This document shows, piece after piece, positions 38,977 through 49,018 of a stretch of DNA of 64,000 nt. A program made the position numbers and the translations under genes. Source of the stretch: an uncultured delta proteobacterium (GTDB lineage: Bacteria; Desulfobacterota; Syntrophia; Syntrophales; UBA2192); the NCBI GenBank assembly GCA_963705165.1, contig CAVPJD010000016.1, forward strand, positions 1 through 64,000, given 5' to 3'. The notes beneath the pieces were generated by a model. That model saw only the letters and a program-made list of their open reading frames with translations. It searched no databases and was not told the origin of the DNA. The first letter of the stretch is position 1; every line of letters begins with the position of its first letter.

Positions 38977-39717
38977 ATGAGGAATATCAAGCTCATCATC
39001 GAATACGACGGGGCCGCCTACAACGGCTGGCAGCGGCAGGCCGACGTCCTCACCATCCAGCAGGTGATGGAGGACGCCCTTTCGCGGATCGTCAACGACA
39101 GGGCGGTCCTGATTGCATCGAGCCGGACCGACACGGGGGTCCATGCCCTGAACCAGGTGGCGAATTTCCGCACGGCCTCGCAGCTTCCCCTTCGCAATCT
39201 CCACCTGGGCGTCAACAGCCTTCTTCCCCCGGATATCGTGGTAAAGGAAATGAGCGAGGTGCCCTGGGAATTCCACTCGCGCTATCATGCCCGCAGCAAG
39301 ATCTACCATTACCGGATCTTCAACGGCCCGGTCCGGACGGCGCTGCGCAGGGGCATCTGCTGGTTTGTCCGTCACCCGCTCGACCTCGAGGCCATGAGAC
39401 GGGCGGCAGGTTACCTTCTGGGCACCCATGACTTCAATTCCTTCTGTGCGGCCCAGTGCGAGGTGGAGGACCGGGTGAGGACCGTGATGGACGTTTCCCT
39501 GGACCGGGAAGCAGCGGGGATGATCGTCTTCCGGATCGAGGCGGGCGGATTTCTGCGCCATATGGTCCGAAACATCATGGGGACCCTCGTGGATGTCGGT
39601 AAAGGGAAAATTCCTGAAGAAGACATGGTCCGCATCATCGAGGCACGGGACCGCAGGAAGGCCGGGCAGGCGGCTCCGGCCCGGGGGCTCTGTCTCATGG
39701 AGGTGAAATACGAATGA
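38977..39717 (+). CDS. truA: tRNA pseudouridine(38-40) synthase
   Basis: YDG..Y.GWQ.Q, RTDTGVHA..Q, GTHDF.SF, FLRHMVR. Confidence 0.96.
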   Translation: MRNIKLIIEYDGAAYNGWQRQADVLTIQQVMEDALSRIVNDRAVLIASSRTDTGVHALNQVANFRTASQLPLRNLHLGVNSLLPPDIVVKEMSEVPWEFHSRYHARSKIYHYRIFNGPVRTALRRGICWFVRHPLDLEAMRRAAGYLLGTHDFNSFCAAQCEVEDRVRTVMDVSLDREAAGMIVFRIEAGGFLRHMVRNIMGTLVDVGKGKIPEEDMVRIIEARDRRKAGQAAPARGLCLMEVKYE

Positions 39718-40568
39718 GAATTCTCGTCATGGGTCACAAGGGCATGCTGGGCAGCGACCTCATGGACGTCCTGGCCAGGGACCACAAGGTCAGCGGAGTC
39801 GATATCGCTGAGTTCGACATCACCTCGGCCCCGGATTGCCTGCGGGTCGTCAGGGAGTTCAACCCCGAGGTGATCGTGAATGCCGCAGCCTACACCGACG
39901 TCGATGGCTGCGAGACGAATCGAGAGGCCTGCTTGGCCGTCAATGCCGAGGGCGTGCGCAACATCGCTTAGGCCTGCAAGGATAGCGGCGCGAAGATCGT
40001 CCATTACAGCACCGACTACGTCTTCGACGGGACGAAGGGGGAGCCTTACCTCGAGGACGACCCCTGCCGGCCCATCAACACCTACGGCGCCTCGAAGCGC
40101 AAAGGCGAGGAGTTGCTGATCGAGACGGCGGAAAACCACGTGCTCATCCGCACGGCCTGGCTCTATGGCCGCCAGGGGAAGAATTTCGTCAAGGCCATCC
40201 TGGCAAAGGCCAGGGACGAAGGGATGCTGCGGGTCGTCGACGACCAGGTGGGCTCCCCCACCTTCAGCTTCGATCTTGCCCAGGCGACAAAACTGCTCGT
40301 CGAACGCGACTGCCGGGGCATCTACCACGTCACGAACCGGGGCGTCTGCAGCTGGTTCCAGTTCGCGCAGAGGATTCTCGAATACGCGCAGGTGTCCGGC
40401 GTGACCGTGGAGCCCATAAAGTCCCATGAGCTCAGCCGGAAGGCCGCACGCCCGGCCTACTCGGTCCTGAGCAACCGCAAATTCATGGAAGCCACACAAA
40501 AAACCATGCGGCCCTGGCAGGTGGCCCTGAACGATTACCTCACCGGCCAGAGCCACATCCATCGTTAA
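39714..40568 (+). pseudogene. rfbD: dTDP-4-dehydrorhamnose reductase interrupted by one in-frame TAG (39969-39971)
   Basis: GHKGMLG, NAAAYTDVD, then NIA*ACK..STDYVFDG, YGASK, DQVGSPT, RPAYS all in one frame; 284 aa if read through. Confidence 0.88.
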
Positions 40569-40571
40569 AGA

Positions 40572-40609
40572 CAGGGTCCAGGGTCCAGGGTTCAGGGTAT
40601 AGGGTGAGG
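40572..40609 (+). repeat. Heptamer array (AGGGTYC-like)
   Basis: Five GGG tracts directly after the rfbD stop. Confidence 0.88.
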
Positions 40610-40662
40610 AAAAAAATTTTCTTTTGTCGTCGCAACGTCGTCTGTGACCTTGTAAGTGAATT

Positions 40663-42453
40663 ATGGATTTGAACCGGAAAATCACCGTACTTCCAGAAGA
40701 GGTCGCCTCGAAGATCGCCGCCGGCGAAGTCGTCGAAAGGCCCTCGTCCATCGTGAAGGAGCTCCTGGAAAATGCCCTCGATGCGGGCGCCACGGACATC
40801 ACGATCGAACTGCGCGGTGGCGGCAAGGAGCTGATCCGGATCGCCGACAACGGGGCGGGCATCGCGCCGGGCGACGTCCCCCTTGCCTTTGAGCGGCATG
40901 CAACGAGCAAGATCCTCACCGTCGACGATCTCTACGACGTGAAATCCTTCGGCTTCCGGGGGGAGGCGCTGCCGAGCATCGCAGCCGTCTGCCGCGTTGA
41001 GATGTCCACGCGGCGCCGTGGCGAGGTGGCAGGGACGCGCATCGCCGTGGAGAGCGGCCGCATCCTCGAAAACGAGGCCGTGGGCTGCCCCGAGGGGACC
41101 TCCATTGCCGTGAGCCGCATCTTCGACTCGCTCCCCGTACGCAAGAACTTCCTGAGACAGGATGCCACGGAGCAGGGGCACTGCCTGGACATCATCGTCC
41201 GGGTCGTGCTGCCCCATGGCGCAGTCAGGGCCAGGGTCCTCACCGGAAGCAAAACCCTCCTGGAGATCCCCCGAACGGAAAACCTCTACGAGAGGATCGT
41301 TTTGCTGCTGGGGAGCGACCTGCGGAATCACCTCGTTTCAGTGGCGGAGACAAGTTCCGGGATGAGCCTTTCGGGATTTGTATCCAGGCCCGACTTCACC
41401 CGCTCCTCGACGAGAAACATGTTCTTTTACATCAACGGCAGGTATGTCCGGGACGTCCTTCTTTCCCAGGCGGTCATGAGTGCCTACCGCAACCTCCTCG
41501 AGGCGCGCAAATACCCCGCCTGCGCCCTGTTCATCGAAGTGCCCGCCGAGACGATCGATGTCAACGTCCACCCGGCGAAGCTCGAGGTCCGCTTCCGGCG
41601 ACCTCAAGAGGTCCGGGAGCTTCTCCAGCGAAGCCTTTCGGGGGCCCTCGCGGGGGTGCGGCCGGCGTCACATTCAACCCCGGTCATTTCGGCAACGGGG
41701 AGGCCGGCAGCCCTGGGGCGCACCGGCGTTTACGAGGCCCTGAGACGCTACAGCCTGTCGGCGGGTATTGCCGCCCATCAGCCCATGACCAAGGCTGCGA
41801 GAGCTCTCGAGGATGTGCCCGATTTCAGCCCCGGTCAGGACGGCCTCTTCCCGTCAACGGCGGGTGGAAGAGAGCATGTTTCCTTTGCCTCTCTTGACTA
41901 CCTGGGCCAGATCGAAGGGACCTATCTTGTCTTTTCGGCGCCGGGCGTGATGATCCTACTCGATCAGCACGCCGCCCACGAACGGATTCTCTACGAGAGA
42001 TTGAAGCAATCGACGGGCGGGAACCTGGAAGTTCAGAGCCTCCTCATTCCCGAGGTGTTGGAGATGAACCCCCGGGACTTCAATCTGCTTGTCGCATCGT
42101 ACGACCTGCTGCGGGAGGCCGGCATCGAGGTTGAGGCCTTCGGAGAGAACACCGCTGTCGTGAAATCCCTGCCGACCCTGCTCGGCCAGGCGGACGTGAA
42201 GGCCCTCGTGCGGGAGATCCTGGACGGCATCGCCGATTCGGGGCTTCCGCGGGACGAAAAACGCAACCGGATCCTCATCGGCATGGCCTGCCGGGGGGCG
42301 ATCAAGGCGAACCAGACGCTTACGGCCGATGAAGTGCGGCACCTTTGTCGCGACCTCGACAGCATCCCCTTCGCCTCCAATTGCCCTCATGGGAGACCTG
42401 TTTTCATCGAGCTTCCTGCCGTCGTGATCGAGAGGATGTTCAAAAGGACATAG
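40663..42453 (+). CDS. mutL: DNA mismatch repair protein MutL
   Basis: IAAGEVVERP, GFRGEAL, DVNVHP, DQHAAHERI, ACR, CPHGRP. Confidence 0.97.
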   Translation: MDLNRKITVLPEEVASKIAAGEVVERPSSIVKELLENALDAGATDITIELRGGGKELIRIADNGAGIAPGDVPLAFERHATSKILTVDDLYDVKSFGFRGEALPSIAAVCRVEMSTRRRGEVAGTRIAVESGRILENEAVGCPEGTSIAVSRIFDSLPVRKNFLRQDATEQGHCLDIIVRVVLPHGAVRARVLTGSKTLLEIPRTENLYERIVLLLGSDLRNHLVSVAETSSGMSLSGFVSRPDFTRSSTRNMFFYINGRYVRDVLLSQAVMSAYRNLLEARKYPACALFIEVPAETIDVNVHPAKLEVRFRRPQEVRELLQRSLSGALAGVRPASHSTPVISATGRPAALGRTGVYEALRRYSLSAGIAAHQPMTKAARALEDVPDFSPGQDGLFPSTAGGREHVSFASLDYLGQIEGTYLVFSAPGVMILLDQHAAHERILYERLKQSTGGNLEVQSLLIPEVLEMNPRDFNLLVASYDLLREAGIEVEAFGENTAVVKSLPTLLGQADVKALVREILDGIADSGLPRDEKRNRILIGMACRGAIKANQTLTADEVRHLCRDLDSIPFASNCPHGRPVFIELPAVVIERMFKRT

Positions 42454-42508
42454 GCCGCTTCGCGGCCGGCTTAGGGCAAAAGGCGAAGGGCTCAAGGCAG
42501 AAGGAAAG

Positions 42509-42532
42509 GGACAGGCGAGACGCCTGTCCTAC
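42509..42532 (-). repeat. GTAG-type REP element, preceded by degenerate heptamer array (42472-42508)
   Basis: Minus strand GTAG-GACAGGCG-TCT-CGCCTGTC. Confidence 0.7.
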
Positions 42533-42542
42533 CGCGGTACAG

Positions 42543-43467
42543 ATGGAAGAGAAACCTAAGAATTGTCATCATTCTGGGGCCGACGGCCGTCGGGAAGACG
42601 GACCTTGCCCTGGATCTGGCCTCGGCATTTGATGGAGAAATCATCAGCGCCGATTCCATGCAGGTCTATCGCCACCTCGACATCGGCACCTCGAAGCCCA
42701 CGCGGGAAGAGCGGGAGCGGGTACCCCATCATCTCATCGACATCGTCGATCCCGACGGAGAGTTCAGCGCGGCCCTCTTCAGCAGGCAGGCGGGGGGCAT
42801 CATCGGCGATCTTCACGGTCGAAAAACCGTCATCGTCGCGGGCGGCACGGGGCTCTACATCCGGGCCCTCACAGGCGGGATCATCGAGGGGCCGGGCCCC
42901 GACGAGGGTCTGAGGAAGATCTTCAGGGAAAGGCTTGAAAGCGAAGACAGGGAGACCCTGTACGCCCGCTTGGAAGCGAGAGATCCGGAGGCAGCCGGGC
43001 GGATTCACCCCCGCGACGGGGTGCGGATCATCCGGGCCCTGGAGATTGCCGAACTGGCCGGAGAGCCCATCTCCGAGAAGCAGAGGCGCCACGGGTTCCG
43101 TGAGGCGAGATACGAGTGCCTCAAGGTCGGGCTCTACCGGGACCGGGGGGAGCTTTACCACCGGATCGACAGCCGTGCCTCACAGATGATTGAGGCCGGT
43201 CTTGTCAAGGAGACCGAGAAAATAATCTGCATGGGATACAACGAAAATGTTAAGCCGTTGCAGTCACTTGGGTATAAATATATCATCCGTTACATCAGGA
43301 ATGAATTGACGCTCGAAGAAGCCCTGAAACTCATGCAGCGAGATACCCGTCATTACGCCCGCCGGCAGATGACCTGGTTTCGGGGAGAGGGCGACATCGA
43401 GTGGTTTCACCCCGACGAAACGGGACCGATCCGGTTGCGGATCGACAGGTTCCTGCAGGGCCGGTGA
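42543..43467 (+). CDS. miaA: tRNA dimethylallyltransferase, +1 frameshift near codon 6
   Basis: GPTAVGKT, ISADSMQVY, GT.KP, GGTGLY, YARRQMTWF; ATG 42543 (MEEKP) is 1 nt out of frame with RIVIILGPT. Confidence 0.9.
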
Positions 43468-43626
43468 AGAGGGCTGCCACCGCCGCCCGAGAGCCTTGAT
43501 TCCTTGAAAAATCCTTGACTTAAGCCCTCCGACCGGATAAAAAAACCGATCATTACCGTGCTGCGTGCCAGGCGCGGAAAACCGGGCACTTCTGAAACAA
43601 CTCGAGAAAAATAAATGGGGGAGACG

Positions 43627-46272
43627 ATGGATCTGAATGCACTGTCCAAGGCTTACGAGTCGAAGGATGTGGAGGCGAGGTGGTACGAGTTCTGGCTCAA
43701 GCACAATTACTTTCATGCCGAGGACAAAAGTGACCGCAAGCCCTTCTGCATCGTCATCCCGCCCCCCAACGTAACGGGGATGCTCCACATGGGGCACGCC
43801 TTGAACAACACGTTGCAAGATATTATGACCCGCTTTCGCCGCATGCAGGGGTACAACTCCCTCTGGATGCCAGGCACGGACCACGCGGGGATCGCAACCC
43901 AGAATGTCGTCGAGCAGGAACTGGCCAGAGAGGGCAAGACACGGCACGATCTGGGACGCGAGAAATTCGTCGAGCGCGTCTGGACGTGGAAGGAAAAGTA
44001 CGGCGGCGTCATCCTGAACCAGCTCCAGCGGCTCGGCTGCTCCTGCGACTGGGAGCGGGAGCGCTTCACCATGGACGAGGGGCTCTCCAGGGCCGTTCGC
44101 GAAGTATTTGTCCGGCTCTGGCACGACGACCTCATTTACAAGGGGGACTACATCGTCAACTGGTGCCCGCGCTGCCACACGGCTATCTCGGATCTCGAGG
44201 TGGAGTTCGAGCAGGAGAAAAGCAACCTCTGGCACCTCCGCTACCCCTACGCCGACGGCACCGGCGAGATCAGCGTGGCCACCACGCGCCCCGAGACGAT
44301 GCTGGGGGACACCGCCGTGGCCGTGAACCCCAACGACCCGCGCTACAAGGACGTCATCGGCAAGATGGTGATCCTGCCGCTCGTCAACAAGGAGATCCCC
44401 ATCATCGCCGACGACTACGTGACCATGGACTTCGGCTCCGGCGCCGTGAAGATCACCCCGGCCTGCGACGCGGCGGACTTCGCGATTGCCGGGCGCCACA
44501 ACCTCGAGATCATCAAGATCATGGACGGCAGCGCCGTGATCAACGAAAACGGCGGCATCTACAAGGGGCAGGACCGCTACGAGGCAAGGAAGAACGTCGT
44601 CCGCGACCTCGAGAAGGGCGGCTATCTCATTCAAATCGAGGACTACAGCCACAACATCGGCCGCTGCTACCGCTGCAAGACCGACGTCGAGCCCGCCGTT
44701 TCGGCGCAGTACTTCGTCAAGGTCGCGCCCCTGGCCAAGACGGCCATCGCCGCCGTAGTCAAGGGCGACACGAAGCTCATCCCCGCCATGTGGGATGCCA
44801 CCTACTTCGAGTGGATGAACAATATCCGCGACTGGTGCATCTCGCGGCAGATCTGGTGGGGTCACCGCATCCCCCTGTGGACCTGCGAGGGCTGCCAGGA
44901 GGTGATCGTGCAGACTGACGACCCGGACCAGTGCCCCGCGTGCAAAGGCAAGCAGCTCAAGCAGGAAGAGGACGTGCTGGACACCTGGTTCAGCTCGGCC
45001 CTGTGGCCCTTTACGACGCTGGGCTGGCCAGACGACAAGCCGGCCGTCAAGACCTTCTACCCCACGAGCATTCTCATCACCGGGTTCGACATCCTCTTCT
45101 TCTGGGTGGCCCGCATGATGATGATGGGCCTCTACATCATGAAGGACGTGCCCTTCAAGGATGTCTACCTGCACGCGCTGGTGCGTGACGCGCACGGCGA
45201 CAAGATGAGCAAGTCCAAGGGCAACATCATCGACCCCCTGGAGATGATCGACAAGTTCGGCGCCGACGCCTTCCGCTTCACGCTGGCGGCCTTCACGGCC
45301 CAGGGCCGAGACATCCGCATGTCCGAGGAGCGGATCCTGGGCTACAAGCACTTCGTCAACAAGATCTGGAATGCCACCCGCCTGTGCATGATGAACCTCG
45401 AGGGCTACCCCGAAGGCCCCGTCTCGGTGAAGAAGGAGGACTACTCGCTCGCGGACCGGTGGATCAGGGCGCGCCTCAACGACACGATTGCCGACGTGAC
45501 GCAAAGTCTCGACGAGTACCGCTTCAACGACGCCGCGGGGCATCTTTACCGTTTCTTCTGGCAGGAATTCTGCGACTGGTACCTGGAGCTCATCAAGCCG
45601 GCCCTCTACAGCAAGGAAACCCCCGGGGCGAGGCTCGCCGCCCAGGAGACCATGATCACGGTGCTGCGCGCAAGCCTGGAGATCATGCACCCCTTCATGC
45701 CCTTCGTCACCGAGGAGATCTGGCAGACGATCTCGAAGAGCGGGCCTTCGATCATGGTGGCCCCGTTCCCGACGGTGGACGAGCGGTTCAAGGACGATGA
45801 GGCGGAGCGCGACATGGGTCTGCTGATGGAAATCATCGGCACGGTCCGCAACATCAAGGGCGAGAAGGGGATCTCGACGTCGAAGAAGCTCCGGGCCATG
45901 GTGATGACGGAAGAAAAGAACCTGTTGCCGCTTTTGCAGTCGGGGACACCCTACATCGTCAACCTGGCCAGGCTCGAGGGCCTCACCATCGTCTCTGCGG
46001 GCGAGGAGCCCAAAAATGCGGCCACGGGCGTGGCCGGTCCCGTGAAGGTATTTGTCGTCCTGGAAGGCGCGATCGACAAGTCCGGCGAGCGTGCCCGCCT
46101 CGAAAAAGAAATGGCCAAGATCGAGAAGGACCTCACTCAGGTGAACCGGAAGCTCGAGAACCCCGACTTCTGGCAGAAGGCGGCCCAGGCCATCATCGAC
46201 AAGGAAGAGGCCAAGGCCGCCAGTTTGAATGAGCGGTTTGCCGTCCTTGAGGCGGCTCTGAAAAAACTCTAG
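43627..46272 (+). CDS. valS: Valine--tRNA ligase
   Basis: PPPNVTG.LHMGH, DWCISRQIWWGH, KMSKS, C-terminal coiled coil (alternative start 43615). Confidence 0.97.
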   Translation: MDLNALSKAYESKDVEARWYEFWLKHNYFHAEDKSDRKPFCIVIPPPNVTGMLHMGHALNNTLQDIMTRFRRMQGYNSLWMPGTDHAGIATQNVVEQELAREGKTRHDLGREKFVERVWTWKEKYGGVILNQLQRLGCSCDWERERFTMDEGLSRAVREVFVRLWHDDLIYKGDYIVNWCPRCHTAISDLEVEFEQEKSNLWHLRYPYADGTGEISVATTRPETMLGDTAVAVNPNDPRYKDVIGKMVILPLVNKEIPIIADDYVTMDFGSGAVKITPACDAADFAIAGRHNLEIIKIMDGSAVINENGGIYKGQDRYEARKNVVRDLEKGGYLIQIEDYSHNIGRCYRCKTDVEPAVSAQYFVKVAPLAKTAIAAVVKGDTKLIPAMWDATYFEWMNNIRDWCISRQIWWGHRIPLWTCEGCQEVIVQTDDPDQCPACKGKQLKQEEDVLDTWFSSALWPFTTLGWPDDKPAVKTFYPTSILITGFDILFFWVARMMMMGLYIMKDVPFKDVYLHALVRDAHGDKMSKSKGNIIDPLEMIDKFGADAFRFTLAAFTAQGRDIRMSEERILGYKHFVNKIWNATRLCMMNLEGYPEGPVSVKKEDYSLADRWIRARLNDTIADVTQSLDEYRFNDAAGHLYRFFWQEFCDWYLELIKPALYSKETPGARLAAQETMITVLRASLEIMHPFMPFVTEEIWQTISKSGPSIMVAPFPTVDERFKDDEAERDMGLLMEIIGTVRNIKGEKGISTSKKLRAMVMTEEKNLLPLLQSGTPYIVNLARLEGLTIVSAGEEPKNAATGVAGPVKVFVVLEGAIDKSGERARLEKEMAKIEKDLTQVNRKLENPDFWQKAAQAIIDKEEAKAASLNERFAVLEAALKKL

Positions 46273-46273
46273 T

Positions 46274-46320
46274 AAGGGTCAAGGGTCAAGGGTCAAGGGT
46301 TCAGGGTACAGGGTTCAGGG
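46274..46320 (+). repeat. Heptamer array (AAGGGTC/CAGGGTW)7
   Basis: Seven GGG tracts directly after the valS stop. Confidence 0.92.
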
Positions 46321-46332
46321 AAAAGCAGGACA

Positions 46333-46408
46333 AATCCTCCCCAACCCTCCTTTATGAAAGGAGGGTGGAAGACCTCCCCCTTTGAAAAAGGGGGACAGAG
46401 GGGGATTT
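46333..46408. repeat. REP-like composite palindrome (CCCTCCTTT-ATG-AAAGGAGGG / CCCCCTTT-GAA-AAAGGGGG)
   Basis: Two internal hairpins enclosed by AATCCTCC...GGGGGATT. Confidence 0.75.
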
Positions 46409-46459
46409 TCTTTTCCGTGAATTGGCGCTGTTTTGGTTCGATACGGTAGGATCAGAAGC

Positions 46460-47302
46460 ATGCTGGAGATGGAAGCCGTCAGGAAGATCATCCATCGCGC
46501 CCTCGAGGAGGACATCCGCTCGGGGGACGTGACGACGTCGGCCGCCCTGACAGGATCCGAGACGGGGCTGGCAACGGCGCTGGCCAAGGAAGACCTGGTT
46601 GTGGCCGGCATGGACGTATTTCGGGAAGTCTTCCGTGTGCGCGATGGGGGGCTCCTTTTTGAAACGGGGCTGATCGACGGCGCATGGGCCCCTCGCGGGA
46701 CCGTCCTGGCCACGGTCAGCGGATCGCTGACGAGCATTCTCACGGCCGAGAGGGTCGCCTTGAATCTCTTCCAGCGGATGTGCGGGATCGCCACCCTGAC
46801 GAAACAATTCGTCGACGCCGTGGCCGGCACGAAGGCCAAGATCCTCGACACGCGCAAGACGATTCCCGGCCTGCGGATTCTCGACAAGTACAGCGTGAGA
46901 GCCGGCGGGGGGCGCAATCATCGGTACGGGCTCTATGACGGGGTTCTGATCAAGGACAACCATATCGAGGCGGCCGGGGGCATCGCCGAGGCCGTGCGCC
47001 GGGTGAGGGGACAGGCCCCGCTGATGGTGAAGATCGAGGTGGAGGTGAAGGACCTGGCCGAGGTCGAGGAAGCCCTCGCGGCGGGCGCGGATGTCATCAT
47101 GCTCGACAACATGCCCGACCATGCAATGACGCGGGCCGTGCAGCTCATCGGGGGGAAAGCACTTGTCGAAGCCTCTGGAAACGTGACCCTTGCAACAGTG
47201 AGGGCGATTGCCGAGACGGGCGTAGACTTGATATCCGCAGGGGTGCTGACGCACTCGGTCCGGGCCGCCGACATCTCCCTGAAGGTAAAGAGGCGAACGT
47301 AA
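46460..47302 (+). CDS. nadC: Nicotinate-nucleotide diphosphorylase (carboxylating)
   Basis: ALEED..GDVTT, AERVALN, DTRKT.PG, NHR.GL.D, IKDNH, MLDN, EASG. Confidence 0.96.
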   Translation: MLEMEAVRKIIHRALEEDIRSGDVTTSAALTGSETGLATALAKEDLVVAGMDVFREVFRVRDGGLLFETGLIDGAWAPRGTVLATVSGSLTSILTAERVALNLFQRMCGIATLTKQFVDAVAGTKAKILDTRKTIPGLRILDKYSVRAGGGRNHRYGLYDGVLIKDNHIEAAGGIAEAVRRVRGQAPLMVKIEVEVKDLAEVEEALAAGADVIMLDNMPDHAMTRAVQLIGGKALVEASGNVTLATVRAIAETGVDLISAGVLTHSVRAADISLKVKRRT

Positions 47303-47361
47303 ATCGCCGGATTTACAATGAGGAACGCGGGCGCCATGCTGCCGCGTGAACGGGGAGGAAC

Positions 47362-48150
47362 ATGGGGTTCAATGTAGAAGAACTGCGAGGCTATTTCCTC
47401 TCGCGCATCATAGGCCGGAGGATCGAATATTACGAAGAGGTGGCGTCGACGAACACCGAGGCCCTGCGTCTTGCCCTGGAAGATGCGCCCGAAGGGACCG
47501 TTGTCATCGCCGATAGTCAGTCCGAGGGCCGAGGAAGGCTGGATCGAATCTGGGAATCGCCGCCTTCCATGAACCTCTATCTTTCCATCATCCTTCGTCC
47601 CGATATCCCCGCCGCTTCGGCATCGCTCATCCCGCTTGTCTTCGGCGTGGCCGTGGCCGATGTCATTTCGAAGTTCTGTCCGGGGCGGGTGCAGCTCAAG
47701 TGGCCCAACGATGTCCTCATCGACGGGAGGAAAATCTGCGGGATCCTGACGGAGATGAGAACGCGGGCCGACCGGGTCCACTTCATCATCGTGGGGATCG
47801 GCGTGAACATCAACATGCGCAAACTCAATTTTCCCCGCGAGATCCGCGAGACGGCAACGTCCCTGCAAATCGGGACGGAGTGCGAGATCGAACGGCTCGA
47901 CGTCGCTGTCCTGCTCTTCGAAAACCTGGAGCGCTGGTACCGCATTTTCCTGAGCGGAGGCGAGGCGGCCATCCGGGAAACGTGGCTCCAGTATGCCGAC
48001 ATCATCGGCAAGAGGATCGAAGTCGTCTTCAAGAGCGACACCCAGCGGGGTACCGTCACGGGCCTCGACGAGAGCGGGGCCCTTCTGCTTGAGGGGGAAG
48101 CCGGCATGCAGCAGGTGCTTGCCGGCGATATCTATATCGAGAGGTTGTGA
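47362..48150 (+). CDS. birA: Biotin--protein ligase, no N-terminal HTH
   Basis: STN, Q.EGRGRL.R.W.SP, KWPND, KICGIL.E, GIGVN. Confidence 0.93.
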   Translation: MGFNVEELRGYFLSRIIGRRIEYYEEVASTNTEALRLALEDAPEGTVVIADSQSEGRGRLDRIWESPPSMNLYLSIILRPDIPAASASLIPLVFGVAVADVISKFCPGRVQLKWPNDVLIDGRKICGILTEMRTRADRVHFIIVGIGVNINMRKLNFPREIRETATSLQIGTECEIERLDVAVLLFENLERWYRIFLSGGEAAIRETWLQYADIIGKRIEVVFKSDTQRGTVTGLDESGALLLEGEAGMQQVLAGDIYIERL

Positions 48151-48152
48151 TC

Positions 48153-48923
48153 ATGCTTCTGGCAATCGACGTGGGAAACAGCAATACCGTCCTGGGGCTC
48201 TATGACGGGGACAAGCTCATCTACGACTGGCGGATCCGGACCGTCGCCAATCACACCGTCGACGAATACGGCATGCTCATCGTGAATCTGTACAAGACCG
48301 TAAAGTCCGGATCCAGGCCGGTCACGCTGACAGGCATCGTCATCTCCTGTGTCGTGCCTCCCATGCTCAACATTCTCGAGCCCCTCTGCAAGAAGTACTT
48401 CAACCTCAAGCCCCTCATCGTGGAGCCGGGGATCAAGACCGGCATGCCCATCTTCTACGACAACCCGAAGGAGGTCGGCGCAGACCGGATCGTCAATGCC
48501 GTCGCGGCCTACGAGAAGTTCAAGACGGAGCTGATCGTCGTGGACTTCGGCACGGCCACGACCTTCGATTACGTCTCCCGAAAAGGCGAGTACATGGGGG
48601 GCTGCATCACGCCGGGCATCGCCATCTCCAGCGATGCGCTCTTCGACAAGGCCTCCAAGCTGCCCCGGGTAGAGCTGAAGAGGCCCAATACCATCATCGC
48701 CAAGGACACCGTCAGCAGCATGCAGGCAGGCATCATGTTCGGGTATGCGGGACTCGTGGACGGGATCGTGGACCGGATGAAGGCCGAGGCACGGTCGAAC
48801 CCGAAGGTCGTCGCCACAGGCGGGTTGGCAAAGATCATCGCCCCCGAAACGAAAAGCATTGATGTGGTCGATGAATTCCTCACCCTGGATGGGCTCCGCA
48901 TCATCTACGAAAGAAACAAGTAA
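48153..48923 (+). CDS. coaX: Type III pantothenate kinase
   Basis: [30 protein letters not shown] (alternative GTG 48147). Confidence 0.96.
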   Translation: MLLAIDVGNSNTVLGLYDGDKLIYDWRIRTVANHTVDEYGMLIVNLYKTVKSGSRPVTLTGIVISCVVPPMLNILEPLCKKYFNLKPLIVEPGIKTGMPIFYDNPKEVGADRIVNAVAAYEKFKTELIVVDFGTATTFDYVSRKGEYMGGCITPGIAISSDALFDKASKLPRVELKRPNTIIAKDTVSSMQAGIMFGYAGLVDGIVDRMKAEARSNPKVVATGGLAKIIAPETKSIDVVDEFLTLDGLRIIYERNK

Positions 48924-49018
48924 TCCCTCCGGACACCTGGACATCATGAGACCTGTACAACAAACCTGCCGCAGGCGGCCCATGCAGGCGCCTGGCAAGG
49001 ACAGGCAAGGTTGATCCC

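Noticed and set aside
42451..42660. mutL and miaA are in one frame separated only by two TAG codons (42451, 42472), suggesting an amber-readthrough fusion
   Set aside because: The linker is repeat/REP DNA, and one extra A after ATG GAA GAG AAA CCT restores a normal MEEKPRIVIILGPT start; an indel error is simpler.
43264..45690. Long antisense or alternate-frame ORFs (808 aa here; also 21898-23688, 35823-37511, 6094-7497, 52982-54427)
   Set aside because: Shadow ORFs of GC-rich codon usage opposite well-identified genes; no motifs.
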